32,000 nucleotides of DNA from Psychrobacter sp. DM4 (lineage in GTDB: Bacteria > Pseudomonadota > Gammaproteobacteria > Pseudomonadales > Moraxellaceae), in the NCBI RefSeq assembly GCF_051307035.1, contig NZ_CP195536.1, forward strand, positions 1,020,001 through 1,052,000, written 5' to 3'. Positions 1-9,546 of the stretch are shown here, one piece after another. A model generated the notes under the pieces. That model did no database searches. It saw nothing but the letters and a program-made list of their open reading frames with translations, and was not told the DNA's origin. Position numbers and translations under genes: made by a program. Position 1 is the stretch's first letter; each line of letters opens with the position of its first letter.

Positions 1-603
1 GATAAAGCGGCGGTAAATGGTAAACAAACTTCGCAAGAGTTAAAGGATTTGCGTATCAGTCAAAAGGTGCTTGCCAACCAAGTGGCCACGGCAAAACAAG
101 AGCTTGAAATCAGTCTTGCTAATTTGGATGATCTACGGGGCATCCAAAGCGCTCTTAAAGTTGAAAATGCACAGGTCGCTCAGCTCAATGATTTGTATGC
201 TAATATTATTGTTGAAGATGGCGGCATGCCATTACAAGTATTAGGCGCTAAGATAGAACCACTACCTGAGAATGCATTTGAATACGGTTTTGACATCGGT
301 ATGTTAAGTAGCAGTGGCAAAGAGAGATCTGTCTTAGTGTCACTGACCTTGCTCAATGATGATGATTTTGTAGAGGTGCCATTAGAACCTACGCGTTATA
401 GCGTAAAAGGTATAGAGCGTATTCGCGGCCGTTTTGTCATGCCAACAAGCTTCAAACCATTACAGATGAAGCTTAGCTTAAAATCTGGAGATCAAGAAGT
501 CGATCAGCTTTATGATTGGGATTTAGGTGCTATGGTTGATGATATGCCGTTATCGCTTATGGATTTACAGGACATGGATGAAAGTCCTATTGAACCTGAG
601 TAA
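1..603 (+). CDS. Hypothetical protein, C-terminal part (frame open to the left window edge; 5' end upstream of window)
   Basis: Frame 1 has no stop from nt 1 to the TAA at 601-603. The only in-window start is a TTG at 49 without a properly spaced SD, so the gene probably starts upstream. It has a coiled-coil-like N part (QELEISLANLDDLRGIQSALKVENAQVAQL), then a mixed region and an acidic tail (DLQDMDESPIEPE). No family recognised by eye. Confidence 0.5.
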   Translation, partial: DKAAVNGKQTSQELKDLRISQKVLANQVATAKQELEISLANLDDLRGIQSALKVENAQVAQLNDLYANIIVEDGGMPLQVLGAKIEPLPENAFEYGFDIGMLSSSGKERSVLVSLTLLNDDDFVEVPLEPTRYSVKGIERIRGRFVMPTSFKPLQMKLSLKSGDQEVDQLYDWDLGAMVDDMPLSLMDLQDMDESPIEPE

Positions 604-679
604 TCTTTTGTTGTAGTATCACATGCCCGTTAGCTATTTCTTTTTACCCTCTGCTCACCTTTTAGTTTGTACTCAAATT

Positions 680-1087
680 ATGATTAAAAAACAACACGTT
701 CATGCTCATCCTAGTGCTGCCGATTGGCATCTCCCAAGTGCGCCTATTCACCGTGCTCAAGACGATGACGGCGAAAATGAAACCGCGCCACAAGCTGACG
801 TTTTAGTCGCAGAACCAGAGGTCGCAAAGCCGCCTATGTATGCGGTAGTAATGTACAATGACAATTACACGCCTATGGAGTTTGTTGTGTATGTCTTGCA
901 ATCTGAATTTCGCCACAGTGTAGATTCAGCGGTTGAGGTTATGCTATCCATTCACAATACGAGTAAAGGTATCGCGGGTATCTATCCCAAAGATATCGCG
1001 GAAACCAAAGCTAAAAAAGTGAATAGTTTAGCTCACAGAGAAGGCTATCCTTTATTAACGCAAATAGAGCCGCATCAGGGCGAGTAG
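680..1087 (+). CDS. clpS: ATP-dependent Clp protease adaptor protein ClpS
   Basis: The core KPPMYAVVMYNDNYTPMEFVVYVLQSEF...GYPLLTQIE matches the ClpS signature (E. coli: [28 protein letters not shown]). It lies immediately upstream of clpA. The start is uncertain: ATG at 680 is preferred, and the ORF is open from ATG 623, but the first 19 codons look non-protein-like. Neither start has a good SD. Confidence 0.85.
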   Translation: MIKKQHVHAHPSAADWHLPSAPIHRAQDDDGENETAPQADVLVAEPEVAKPPMYAVVMYNDNYTPMEFVVYVLQSEFRHSVDSAVEVMLSIHNTSKGIAGIYPKDIAETKAKKVNSLAHREGYPLLTQIEPHQGE

Positions 1088-1097
1088 TATACTCGCC
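1079..1097 (+). other. Perfect GC-rich hairpin overlapping the clpS stop codon (GGCGAGTA-gta-TACTCGCC), no U-tract
   Basis: An 8-bp perfect inverted repeat with a 3-nt loop was read directly. The TAG stop (1085-1087) lies inside it. It is followed by agtcaaagcg rather than a T-run, so it is not a canonical intrinsic terminator. It may be an RNA 3'-end stabiliser or processing structure. Confidence 0.4.
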
Positions 1098-1636
1098 AGT
1101 CAAAGCGCCACGTTAAATAACGATTTAATACTCTTACTTCATTATTCCTTGTTTAAACCCTCGCAATTTCAGTCCATTACTCTTGATTAATCTTCGATAA
1201 TCCCTATATAAAACAAGTACCAGTCGTTATTCTTTATTACAGCATTACTTCTTTATTTCTATACACCCTCTTCTTTTTCGTTTCTTTCTTCTACTAAACT
1301 TTAGTTCGTATTTCACTCCATTTCAATGGCTACTTTATACGGCGTCTAGATTAATCGTCGTCATTATCTTGAATACTGATACATTTTGGTACGTAGAAGT
1401 GGATTGACTAACTAGATTTATCATGTTGATATGAATACATGTAGATGTAAATTCTGTTGTTGTCACTCGTTAGTGTAAGAACCACAAAACTGATACTTAG
1501 TGAGAAGTTGCAATGAGTAATACTGGCTATTAGTGTAGTAAGTGCTCTTGAACAATCTGTTTTTGCCCTAATTTACTAACTAAGTCATTCATTAAGCTAT
1601 CAATTATAAAGATAGATACAACCTTAGGAAGTCCTT

Positions 1637-4177
1637 ATGTTAAGTCGTCATTTAGAAGTATCCCTACGTTTGGCAATGACACTTGCGCGCCAAAAATCGC
1701 ACGAGTATCTCACGGTTGAGCATTTATTACTGGCATTACTTGAGAATACTCATGCCGCTAATACGCTGACCGCATGCAATGCCAATGTGACCACGCTACG
1801 TAGCGAGCTTGAAGCGTATATCAATAAGCATACCCCAACAGTAGATGCGGATATGGAGCAGTCGCCACAGCCGACGCAAAGCTTCGATCGTATCTTGCAA
1901 CGTGCTATTTTCCATGTTCAGTCTATCGGTGGCGGTCGTTTGGTAGAAGGCTCAGATATCTTGGTCTCTATGTTCTCTGAGCACGATACTTACGCGGTTT
2001 ACTTGCTCAAAAAGCAAGGTATTAGTCGCTTAGAGCTCACGCAGTATTTATCTCACGGTCAAGACAAAGAAGAGCCTGCTGAATCACGTGCTTCTATGAG
2101 TGGCGAGCGCCGTAGTCCTTCTGAGAAAACCAGCAAAGACCCTTTGGTTGAATTTGCAACTAACCTCAACCAGCGTGCTGCTGAAGGCAAAACAGATCCT
2201 CTCATCGGACGTGCTTCAGAAATTGAGCGCGCCGCACAGGTACTTTGTCGTCGCCGTAAAAACAACCCGCTATTAGTTGGTGAGCCAGGGGTAGGTAAGA
2301 CCTCTATCGCTGAAGGGTTAGCGTGGTTGATTATTAATGATAAAGCGCCAAAGCCATTAAATGGTTGTGTGATTTATAGTCTAGATATTGGCTCGTTAAT
2401 CGCAGGTACCAAATACCGTGGCGATTTTGAAAAGCGTATGAAGTCTCTGCTAGATGCACTAAAGAAAAAGCCAAATGCTATTTTGTTTATCGATGAAGTG
2501 CATATGATTATTGGTGCAGGTTCATCCATGAGTAGCAATATGGACGTCTCTAATTTAATTAAGCCCGCTCTCGCAAATGGTGAGCTGCGCTGTATCGGTT
2601 CTACAACGTTTACAGAATATCGTCAGGTGTTCGAAAAGGATCATGCGCTCTCACGTCGCTTCCAAAAGATCGATGTCAAAGAGCCAAGTGTGAGTGATAC
2701 CATCGATATACTGCGTGGTCTAAAGCCCCGTTACGAAGAGTTTCATAATGTTGAATATACAGATGAAGCTTTGGTCACTGCGGTTGAGCTGTCCTCCAAG
2801 CACATTCACGAGCGTTTTTTACCAGATAAAGCTATCGATGTCATTGATGAGGCAGGCGCGTACAAGCGTTTAGGGGTCATTCCTGATGCTGAGGATATCA
2901 AAGCTGAAGAGAGCTTTATCGCCGATCTTGAAAAGGATTTTGATGATCCCATTAGCGAGATAGATCTAGATATCGACAATGAGATGAAAGATGAAGCTGA
3001 TGCAGCGATAGCAGATGCAAAAAATATCACGTTAGATGATTTGCAGTCTGCAACTAGCAAAAAGCCGCCGATGAAGATCGATGTCTCTGACATCGAGGCG
3101 ATTGTGGCCAAGCTTGCTCGCATTCCGCCAAAATCTGTATCGAGCGATGACAAGAGTATTCTTGAGCATCTAGATCGTGATCTTAAGCGTCTCGTGTTTG
3201 GTCAAGACGAAGCCATTGCTACGCTGGCTGATGCCATCAAGCTCTCACGCGCAGGTCTAAAAGCTCCGGACAAACCTATTGGCTCGTTTATGTTTGCAGG
3301 TCCCACAGGTGTCGGTAAGACCGAGGTCTCACGTCAGCTCGCTAATCTGTTAGGCGTTGAACTCGTTCGCTTTGATATGAGCGAGTATATGGAGGCCCAT
3401 ACGGCTTCACGTTTGATCGGTGCACCTCCAGGTTATGTCGGATTTGATCAAGGCGGCTTGCTCACTGAAAAGATTAATCAGCATCCACACTGTGTATTGC
3501 TCCTTGATGAGATCGAAAAAGCGCACCCTGATGTCTTTAACTTACTCTTGCAAGTGATGGATCATGGTACCCTAACTGATAATAATGGCCGTGTTGCTAT
3601 CTTTAAGCAAGTTATCGTTATTATGACAACTAACGTCGGTGCTGACAGCATTAGCCGCTCCTCTATGGGCTTTACGCAGCAAGACCATAGCCGTGATAAT
3701 ACAGAATCGCTGAAGCGCGTCTTTACTCCAGAATTCCGCAATCGCTTAGATGCTACTATTCAGTTCAATGCACTAGATACGTCTGTGGTCGTTTCAGTCG
3801 TTGATAAGTTCTTGGTTGAGCTGCAAGCTCAGCTCGATGATAAGCAAGTAACCTTAGAGATTGACGATGAGGTTCGCGATTATCTCGCGCAAAAAGGCTA
3901 CGATCGTCTCATGGGCGCGCGTCCCATGCAGCGCTTGATTCAAGATGAGATCAAAAAACCACTAGCCAGTATGATATTGTTCGGTGATTTAGTTAACGGC
4001 GGGGTCGTTCATCTAACGCTAGAGCCTGAAGATATCGATGCATCAGATGAAGATAGTATCAAGCTCAATAAAGACAGTGAGATTATCTCAGACAAAGGCT
4101 CATCTGATAGTCGTATTATATTAACTGTTGTTGAAACCCATGAGCCACGCTCAGATTCTGAGTCTGTAGCGAGCTAG
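1637..4177 (+). CDS. clpA: ATP-dependent Clp protease ATP-binding subunit ClpA (with lineage-specific acidic insertion and C-terminal tail)
   Basis: It has an N-terminal Clp repeat domain. D1 carries Walker A GEPGVGKT and Walker [10 protein letters not shown]2 carries Walker A GPTGVGKT and Walker [11 protein letters not shown]. Close colinearity with E. coli ClpA across both AAA+ modules. SD-like aggaag lies 6 nt before the ATG. Confidence 0.95.
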   Translation: MLSRHLEVSLRLAMTLARQKSHEYLTVEHLLLALLENTHAANTLTACNANVTTLRSELEAYINKHTPTVDADMEQSPQPTQSFDRILQRAIFHVQSIGGGRLVEGSDILVSMFSEHDTYAVYLLKKQGISRLELTQYLSHGQDKEEPAESRASMSGERRSPSEKTSKDPLVEFATNLNQRAAEGKTDPLIGRASEIERAAQVLCRRRKNNPLLVGEPGVGKTSIAEGLAWLIINDKAPKPLNGCVIYSLDIGSLIAGTKYRGDFEKRMKSLLDALKKKPNAILFIDEVHMIIGAGSSMSSNMDVSNLIKPALANGELRCIGSTTFTEYRQVFEKDHALSRRFQKIDVKEPSVSDTIDILRGLKPRYEEFHNVEYTDEALVTAVELSSKHIHERFLPDKAIDVIDEAGAYKRLGVIPDAEDIKAEESFIADLEKDFDDPISEIDLDIDNEMKDEADAAIADAKNITLDDLQSATSKKPPMKIDVSDIEAIVAKLARIPPKSVSSDDKSILEHLDRDLKRLVFGQDEAIATLADAIKLSRAGLKAPDKPIGSFMFAGPTGVGKTEVSRQLANLLGVELVRFDMSEYMEAHTASRLIGAPPGYVGFDQGGLLTEKINQHPHCVLLLDEIEKAHPDVFNLLLQVMDHGTLTDNNGRVAIFKQVIVIMTTNVGADSISRSSMGFTQQDHSRDNTESLKRVFTPEFRNRLDATIQFNALDTSVVVSVVDKFLVELQAQLDDKQVTLEIDDEVRDYLAQKGYDRLMGARPMQRLIQDEIKKPLASMILFGDLVNGGVVHLTLEPEDIDASDEDSIKLNKDSEIISDKGSSDSRIILTVVETHEPRSDSESVAS

Positions 4178-4198
4178 TTCAATTAGTATGATCAGGCA

Positions 4199-4237
4199 GA
4201 AACGGTTACCGCTTATACTAGGGTAGCCGTTTTTTTG
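4199..4237 (+). terminator. Rho-independent terminator after clpA
   Basis: AACGGTTACC (4201-4210) pairs with GGTAGCCGTT (4222-4231) with one G:U wobble, followed by TTTTTTT. Confidence 0.7.
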
Positions 4238-4323
4238 GTTAAAATTTATAACGAAATACCTTGAATGTTTTTGCTATTATGATTTTTATAATAGAAACTG
4301 AAACATAGATGAGATAAATAATT

Positions 4324-5073
4324 ATGAACTTATTTGATGAGCCGTTAGATGTTACCTCGAGTAAGAGCGCCGCTGAAAAAAAGGAGATTTTAGACAAAGT
4401 TCGCTTGCCATTGGACTGGAAAGTGGCGTTAGAGGATGAGCTGACATCCGATAACATGGATGAGCTTCGTGAGTTTTTAAAGCAGGCTTATCAGTCGAAT
4501 GATAGTATTTATCCGCCAGCACCTTTGATGTTTAATGCGTTCAATCTAACGCCATTATCTAAAGTCAAAGTCGTGATCTTAGGTCAAGACCCTTATCATC
4601 GCCCAGGACAGGCAATGGGTCTATCGTTCTCTGTTCCCAAAACGATTCCCAAACCACCTTCATTAAATAACGTGCTAAAAGAGATGGCTGATGATATAGG
4701 CACAACGACGTCGAAGCATGGCGACTTGACCTATTGGGCGCAGCAAGGTGTGCTACTGCTAAATAGCTCGCTAACTGTTAGAGAAGGCGAGCCTAATAGC
4801 CACCAAAATCAAGGCTGGGAGCAATTCACTGATGCGGTAATCAATGCCATCAATGAGCAGACAGAACATACCGTTTTTATCTTGTGGGGTAGTAAGGCAC
4901 AGAAGAAGGGAAAATATGTCAACACAGATAAGCATTTGATCCTAACTGCTGTGCATCCTTCACCATTAGCAGCCAATCGTGGCGGCTTCTTTGGCTCAAA
5001 ACCGTTTTCCAAGACCAACGAATATTTAGTGCAGCATGATCAGACACCTATTGACTGGCAACTGCCACAGTAA
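4324..5073 (+). CDS. ung: Uracil-DNA glycosylase (family 1)
   Basis: Contains the catalytic water-activating loop GQDPYH (VVILGQDPYHRPGQAMGLSFSV) and the C-terminal HPSPLA motif (AVHPSPLAANRGGFFGSKPF). Confidence 0.93.
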   Translation: MNLFDEPLDVTSSKSAAEKKEILDKVRLPLDWKVALEDELTSDNMDELREFLKQAYQSNDSIYPPAPLMFNAFNLTPLSKVKVVILGQDPYHRPGQAMGLSFSVPKTIPKPPSLNNVLKEMADDIGTTTSKHGDLTYWAQQGVLLLNSSLTVREGEPNSHQNQGWEQFTDAVINAINEQTEHTVFILWGSKAQKKGKYVNTDKHLILTAVHPSPLAANRGGFFGSKPFSKTNEYLVQHDQTPIDWQLPQ

Positions 5074-5624
5074 TGACTAGTACTAATAATAATCTACGAC
5101 CATTAGACGCTGCTACGAAAGACGTCTCTGAGCACAAATTATGGTGCCTTGACGACGTCAGATGGATGGCACAAGCAATTGACTTAGCGAGGCTAGGTGC
5201 GACCAAAAGTGAGGTGCCTGTAGGGGCAATACTAGTACATGACAACCAGATAATCGGACAAGGCTTTAACGAGCCTATCGGAAGATGTGATGCCACCGCT
5301 CACGCTGAGATAATTGCGTTAAGAGAGGCCTGTTCTCACCTAAAAAATTACCGTCTACCCTTGCAGACCACACTATATGTAACGCTGGAGCCTTGTACTA
5401 TGTGTATCGGTGCCCTCATTCACGCCCGTGTAGACAGACTTATATATGCTACAAGCGAGCCACGAGCGGGTATGGTCGGTAGTCAAATGGACTTGCCAGT
5501 GCAGCCTTTTTATAATCATCGTATCCAAACCTTTGATGGCTTGTATGAGTCTCAGTGCAGCCACATACTCAAAAGCTTTTTCCGCCAGCGTCGCCAGAAT
5601 GTAAAGAAACAAAAAGTAATGTAA
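5073..5624 (+). CDS. tadA: tRNA adenosine(34) deaminase TadA
   Basis: Carries the cytidine/deoxycytidylate deaminase zinc motifs HAE (HAEIIALREA) and PCxxC (TLEPCTMCIGAL). The start overlaps the ung stop (TAATG), which implies translational coupling. Confidence 0.92.
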   Translation: MTSTNNNLRPLDAATKDVSEHKLWCLDDVRWMAQAIDLARLGATKSEVPVGAILVHDNQIIGQGFNEPIGRCDATAHAEIIALREACSHLKNYRLPLQTTLYVTLEPCTMCIGALIHARVDRLIYATSEPRAGMVGSQMDLPVQPFYNHRIQTFDGLYESQCSHILKSFFRQRRQNVKKQKVM

Positions 5625-5652
5625 TTGAGTAACAAGATAATCAGGTTGTATC

Positions 5653-5681
5653 TAGTGATAAGCGCAAATTTTTGCTATAAT
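5653..5681 (+). promoter_or_regulatory. Candidate extended -10 promoter upstream of cmk
   Basis: TGcTATAAT at 5673-5681, 39 nt before the cmk ATG. The -35 region is weak (tagtga). Sequence-only call. Confidence 0.3.
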
Positions 5682-5719
5682 ATCGCCCTATTTAAAAGTC
5701 TCTTCTCTAAGCGAGCTTT

Positions 5720-6466
5720 ATGACTGACGCTATGTCCGCTATCGATAGCAGTACGCCAACCAAGCACTATTATCCTATTATATGTATTGACGGACCAAGT
5801 GGCGCAGGTAAGGGTACGGCGGCATGGCGCTTGGCAAAAGATTTAGAGTATCAGTTGCTAGACTCTGGAGCCTTATACCGCATCGTTGGTCTAAAAGCGT
5901 TTGAAGCAGGATTGATCAGCTCTGATACCACTCAGCCTATAGATGAGGCCGCACTACTAGCATTGACGCAGGATTTACATATTGCCTTTGAACTCAATCA
6001 TGAATCGGTATGTATCGATATCGTCGTCAATGGCAAGATAGTGGGTCAAAAAGTTCGTAATGAAACTGTAGGTGGCTATGCTTCGCAAGTTGCGGTTTTT
6101 CCTTCGGTACGTGAAGCATTACTAGCACTACAGCAAGATATGGCAACGCGTTCAGGATTAGTAGCAGATGGACGCGATATGGGTACGGTTGTGTTTCCTA
6201 ATGCGGATGCCAAGATATTTTTAAGCGCTAGCGCTGAGTCTCGTGCCAAGAGGCGTGTCGCTCAATTGAACACGTCTGGGCAACAGGCAGATTTTGACGC
6301 AATTCTAAACACCATAAAAGCGCGTGATGAGCGTGATGAGAACCGCGATGCTTCACCATCAAAGCCTGCTACAGATGCACTGTATATCGATAGCTCAACA
6401 CTAGATGCTGATGAGGTTTATCAACAAATAAAAGCGTATTGTCAAGGACAAGGTATTTGTTTTTAA
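5720..6466 (+). CDS. cmk: Cytidylate kinase
   Basis: Has the P-loop IDGPSGAGKGT and CMP-kinase-like colinearity. It sits in the conserved cmk-rpsA-ihfB arrangement. Confidence 0.92.
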   Translation: MTDAMSAIDSSTPTKHYYPIICIDGPSGAGKGTAAWRLAKDLEYQLLDSGALYRIVGLKAFEAGLISSDTTQPIDEAALLALTQDLHIAFELNHESVCIDIVVNGKIVGQKVRNETVGGYASQVAVFPSVREALLALQQDMATRSGLVADGRDMGTVVFPNADAKIFLSASAESRAKRRVAQLNTSGQQADFDAILNTIKARDERDENRDASPSKPATDALYIDSSTLDADEVYQQIKAYCQGQGICF

Positions 6467-6714
6467 AAGATTTTTTAATATAAAAATATCTACTCAAACG
6501 CTTTTAGTATAAAATTGTAGAATAGAGAATAAGTCATCTATTAAAAGTAAATAAAGGGTCAATGGTTACTAGTGATTTTTGTATAATAGATTATTAGTAA
6601 TTATCGTTTTTTTATATGAGTATATAGGATATAAAACCAGTATCTCGTTTTGTATGCTCATAAATTTGATCCGTACTGTGCTGGACAGGATACGGCTATA
6701 CAAAGGTAGACATA

Positions 6715-8403
6715 ATGGAATCATTTGCTGAACTATTTGAAGCGAGCATCGAAGAGACGGGTCTTGATATCGAGCGTGGCTCGGTCATTAACGGTACTGT
6801 CGTTGCCATCGATAATGACTGGATCACAGTAGATACTGGTCTGAAATCTGAAGGTATCGTCGCTCGTGAAGAGTTTTTAAGCGAAGAAGGCGAGCTTGAA
6901 GTTGAAGTTGGCGATAGTGTTGATGTCGTAGTTGAAGCGGTTGATAACGGCATGGGTCAAACCTTGCTGTCACGTGAAAAAGCTAAACGTGTTGAAACTT
7001 GGAACTTCCTTGAAAAAATCGCTGACAATGATGAAATCGTAAAGGGTATCATCTCAAGCAAAGTTAAGGGCGGTTTCACTGTAGATATCGGTTCAGTCCG
7101 CGCGTTCTTACCAGGCTCATTAGTAGATGTACGTCCTATCCGTGATACGACGCATCTTGAAGGCAAAGAGCTAGAATTCAAAGTCATCAAACTTGATCAA
7201 AAACGCAACAACGTTGTGGTTAGCCGCCGTGCGGTCATGGAAGCTGAAAACTCAGCTGAGCGCGAAGAGCTACTGAACAAGCTTGAAGAAGGTATCGAGA
7301 TCGAAGGTATCGTTAAGAACCTTACTGATTACGGTGCATTCGTTGACCTAGGTGGTATCGATGGTCTATTGCATATCACTGACATGGCATGGCGCCGTAT
7401 CAAGCACCCATCTGAGGTGGTTGAAGTTGGTCAAGATCTAAAAGTTAAAGTATTGAAGTTTGACCGTGAGCGCAATCGTGTTAGCCTAGGTCTAAAACAA
7501 CTTGGTACTGATCCTTGGGATAACGTTGGCGGCACATACCCAGTGGGTAGCGTTGTTAAAGCACGCGTTACTAACCTAACTGATTATGGTTGTTTTGCTG
7601 AGATTTCTGAAGGCATCGAAGGTCTAGTACACGTATCAGAGATGGATCATACCAACAAAAACATTCACCCATCAAAAGTTGTTCAAGTGGGTGATGAAGT
7701 TGAAGTAATGATTCTTGATATCGATGAAGAACGTCGCCGTATTAGCCTAGGTATCAAGCAGACTCTAGCTAACCCATGGGATGAGTTTGATAAGAAACAT
7801 GAGCGCGGTGATAAAATTACTGGTACGATCAAATCAATCACTGACTTCGGTATCTTTATCGGTCTAGACGGTGGTATTGATGGCCTAGTTCACTTGTCAG
7901 ACATCTCTTGGAACGAAACTGGCGAAGATGCTATCCGTAATTACAATAAAGGCGACACCGTAGAAGCGATGGTATTATCTGTAGACTCAGAAGCCAATCG
8001 TATCAGTCTAGGTGTGAAGCAATTAAGCTCTGATCCATTCAACGAGTACTTGGTCAATAATGATCGCGGTGCTATCGTTAATGGTAAAGTGAAAGAAGTT
8101 GACGCTAAAGGCGCGACTATCGAACTTGCTGACGAAGTTGAAGCTTACCTGCGTGCCTCTGAGATTCAGCGTGACCGCGTTGAAGATGCGACTAAGCATC
8201 TAACGGTTGGTGATGATGTCGAGGCTAAAATCATAAGTGTTGATCGTAAAACACGCAACATCAACTTGTCTATCAAAGCAAAAGACGAAGCTGAAGAGCG
8301 TCAAGCGATTAAAGATCTTGGTAGCACAGGTACTACAGCAGCGTCAGGAACTGATGCTCAGCCAAAAACAATTGGTGATCTAATCAAAGAGCAAATGCAA
8401 TAA
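6715..8403 (+). CDS. rpsA: 30S ribosomal protein S1
   Basis: 562 aa with six tandem S1 (OB-fold) repeats, e.g. [29 protein letters not shown] and [32 protein letters not shown] aaagg lies before the ATG. Confidence 0.97.
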   Translation: MESFAELFEASIEETGLDIERGSVINGTVVAIDNDWITVDTGLKSEGIVAREEFLSEEGELEVEVGDSVDVVVEAVDNGMGQTLLSREKAKRVETWNFLEKIADNDEIVKGIISSKVKGGFTVDIGSVRAFLPGSLVDVRPIRDTTHLEGKELEFKVIKLDQKRNNVVVSRRAVMEAENSAEREELLNKLEEGIEIEGIVKNLTDYGAFVDLGGIDGLLHITDMAWRRIKHPSEVVEVGQDLKVKVLKFDRERNRVSLGLKQLGTDPWDNVGGTYPVGSVVKARVTNLTDYGCFAEISEGIEGLVHVSEMDHTNKNIHPSKVVQVGDEVEVMILDIDEERRRISLGIKQTLANPWDEFDKKHERGDKITGTIKSITDFGIFIGLDGGIDGLVHLSDISWNETGEDAIRNYNKGDTVEAMVLSVDSEANRISLGVKQLSSDPFNEYLVNNDRGAIVNGKVKEVDAKGATIELADEVEAYLRASEIQRDRVEDATKHLTVGDDVEAKIISVDRKTRNINLSIKAKDEAEERQAIKDLGSTGTTAASGTDAQPKTIGDLIKEQMQ

Positions 8404-8421
8404 TTATTATATTTCGGTAAT

Positions 8422-8451
8422 AAAAAAAGCGACTTCGGTCGCTTTTTTTAT
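8422..8451 (+). terminator. Rho-independent terminator after rpsA
   Basis: AAAAAAAGCGAC-ttcg-GTCGCTTTTTTT: a perfect GC stem with a tetraloop and a T-run. Confidence 0.85.
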
Positions 8452-8599
8452 TACTATTTTTTGATAAACGAACAAACTCTTATTTCTATTTACGACAATT
8501 TCCGTTATCATTTGAGGTAATGGGTAATAATATGTAAATCAATGATTTTCATACAGTAAATACGAATTATTCACTAATAATGATATTGTTCTATGTCGA

Positions 8600-8627
8600 T
8601 TGACGGCATAGTGACAGTGGCTATAAA
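8600..8627 (+). promoter_or_regulatory. Candidate sigma70 promoter for ihfB
   Basis: TTGACG (8600-8605), a 16-nt spacer, then TATAAA (8622-8627), about 45 nt upstream of the ihfB ATG. Confidence 0.4.
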
Positions 8628-8673
8628 GATAGTCACATAGTCATTGTTATTAATTAATAAGGCATATGTACCA

Positions 8674-8976
8674 ATGCAGCAGACAATTAATAAATCCGAA
8701 TTCATCAGTAATTTGAGCGCCGATTGTGACACCATCAATGATAACGTTGTTGACGAGGCAGTTAGAGAGATCATCGACCTTATGGTAGATACTTTAGCCA
8801 ACGATGGTCGAGTTGAAGTGCGCGGATTTGGTAGTTTCTGTTTACATCATCGCCGCGCGCGTACGGGACGTAATCCAAAAACTGGAGAGAGTGTACCAGT
8901 ACCTGCCAAAGCTATTCCACATTTTAAACCAGGTAAAGCATTACGCGAAGCTGTAAACGAGACTGTAGTAGATTAA
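8674..8976 (+). CDS. ihfB: Integration host factor subunit beta
   Basis: DNABII fold signature GFGSFCLHHRRARTGRNPKTGESVPVPAKAIPHFKPGKALR. Its position after rpsA matches E. coli. ATG 8674 (MQQTINKSEFISNL) is preferred over the upstream TTG at 8644. Confidence 0.92.
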   Translation: MQQTINKSEFISNLSADCDTINDNVVDEAVREIIDLMVDTLANDGRVEVRGFGSFCLHHRRARTGRNPKTGESVPVPAKAIPHFKPGKALREAVNETVVD

Positions 8977-9086
8977 AAGTTATAATATCGACCTTTAACT
9001 ACGCTTATAGCGACCTATTTTAATCACTATTTTGTCATTGACCTTCTCCCAAGCTTTTTATATTAAAATAACAAGGTACTCATCTG

Positions 9087-9491
9087 ATGCGCTTCATACT
9101 ATTTGTACTCCTATTTTTGAGCTTTGCCTATGCTTTAGGCTTAGTGCTTGTCAATAATACTGACATCGAAGTCAATCTACTATTTTCGCAAGCCCCTGCG
9201 ATGAATCTAGGGTTGCTGCTGATTATTTGCTTGGCACTTGGTATTGTTATAGGTTTGCTACTAGCGTTATTGATTTTCCGCGTCTTTCAGAACAAGTGGG
9301 AGATATCGCGCCTGCAAAAAGAGAATAAAAATCTTCAAGATCAACTGACACAGGCTAATGTGGCGATCGATCGTCAAGCCAATGCACCGACAATTGATGA
9401 AGCTGTTTATGGCGCTAGGGTAAATAAAGCGGTGAGTGATGCTAATACAAATCAAACTGGCGATACTACTCTGAATAAACATAAACGGTAG
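9087..9491 (+). CDS. lapA: LapA-like (DUF1049) inner-membrane protein
   Basis: Two predicted TM helices (ILFVLLFLSFAYALGLVLV; LGLLLIICLALGIVIGLLLALLIF) are followed by a short coiled segment (EISRLQKENKNLQDQL). The architecture and the position just upstream of pyrF match E. coli LapA (YciS). Assigned on architecture and synteny, not strong identity. Confidence 0.6.
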   Translation: MRFILFVLLFLSFAYALGLVLVNNTDIEVNLLFSQAPAMNLGLLLIICLALGIVIGLLLALLIFRVFQNKWEISRLQKENKNLQDQLTQANVAIDRQANAPTIDEAVYGARVNKAVSDANTNQTGDTTLNKHKR

Positions 9492-9546
9492 TAAATGCTG
9501 TATTTAAAGGTTTAAGTATAACGCTAATAAACAAAATGACTCGACT

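Noticed and set aside
1431-1478. 15-codon Cys-rich mini-ORF (MNTCRCKFCCCHSLV) in the clpS-clpA spacer, superficially like an attenuation leader peptide
   Set aside because: There is no SD. The Cys codons come from a simple tgttgttgt run. No terminator/antiterminator pair follows, and there is no logical link between Cys supply and clpA.
2059-3153. Antisense ORFs inside clpA (2059-2265 and 2806-3153, minus strand)
   Set aside because: They lie fully inside a confidently assigned, motif-rich gene on the opposite strand. Their products are Ser/Ala/Ile-rich low-complexity mirror translations of acidic codons. There are no SD sequences and no recognisable domains.
4239-4457. 72-aa minus-strand ORF across the ung start region
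   Set aside because: It overlaps the ung 5' end in antisense. The Ile/Lys/Ser-rich product reflects AT-rich promoter DNA. No start signals.
6696-7190. Antisense ORFs inside rpsA (6696-6953 and 6957-7190, minus strand)
   Set aside because: Their Ser/Thr/Pro-rich low-complexity products are typical of the antisense frame of a highly expressed, GAA/GAT-rich gene. There are no start signals.
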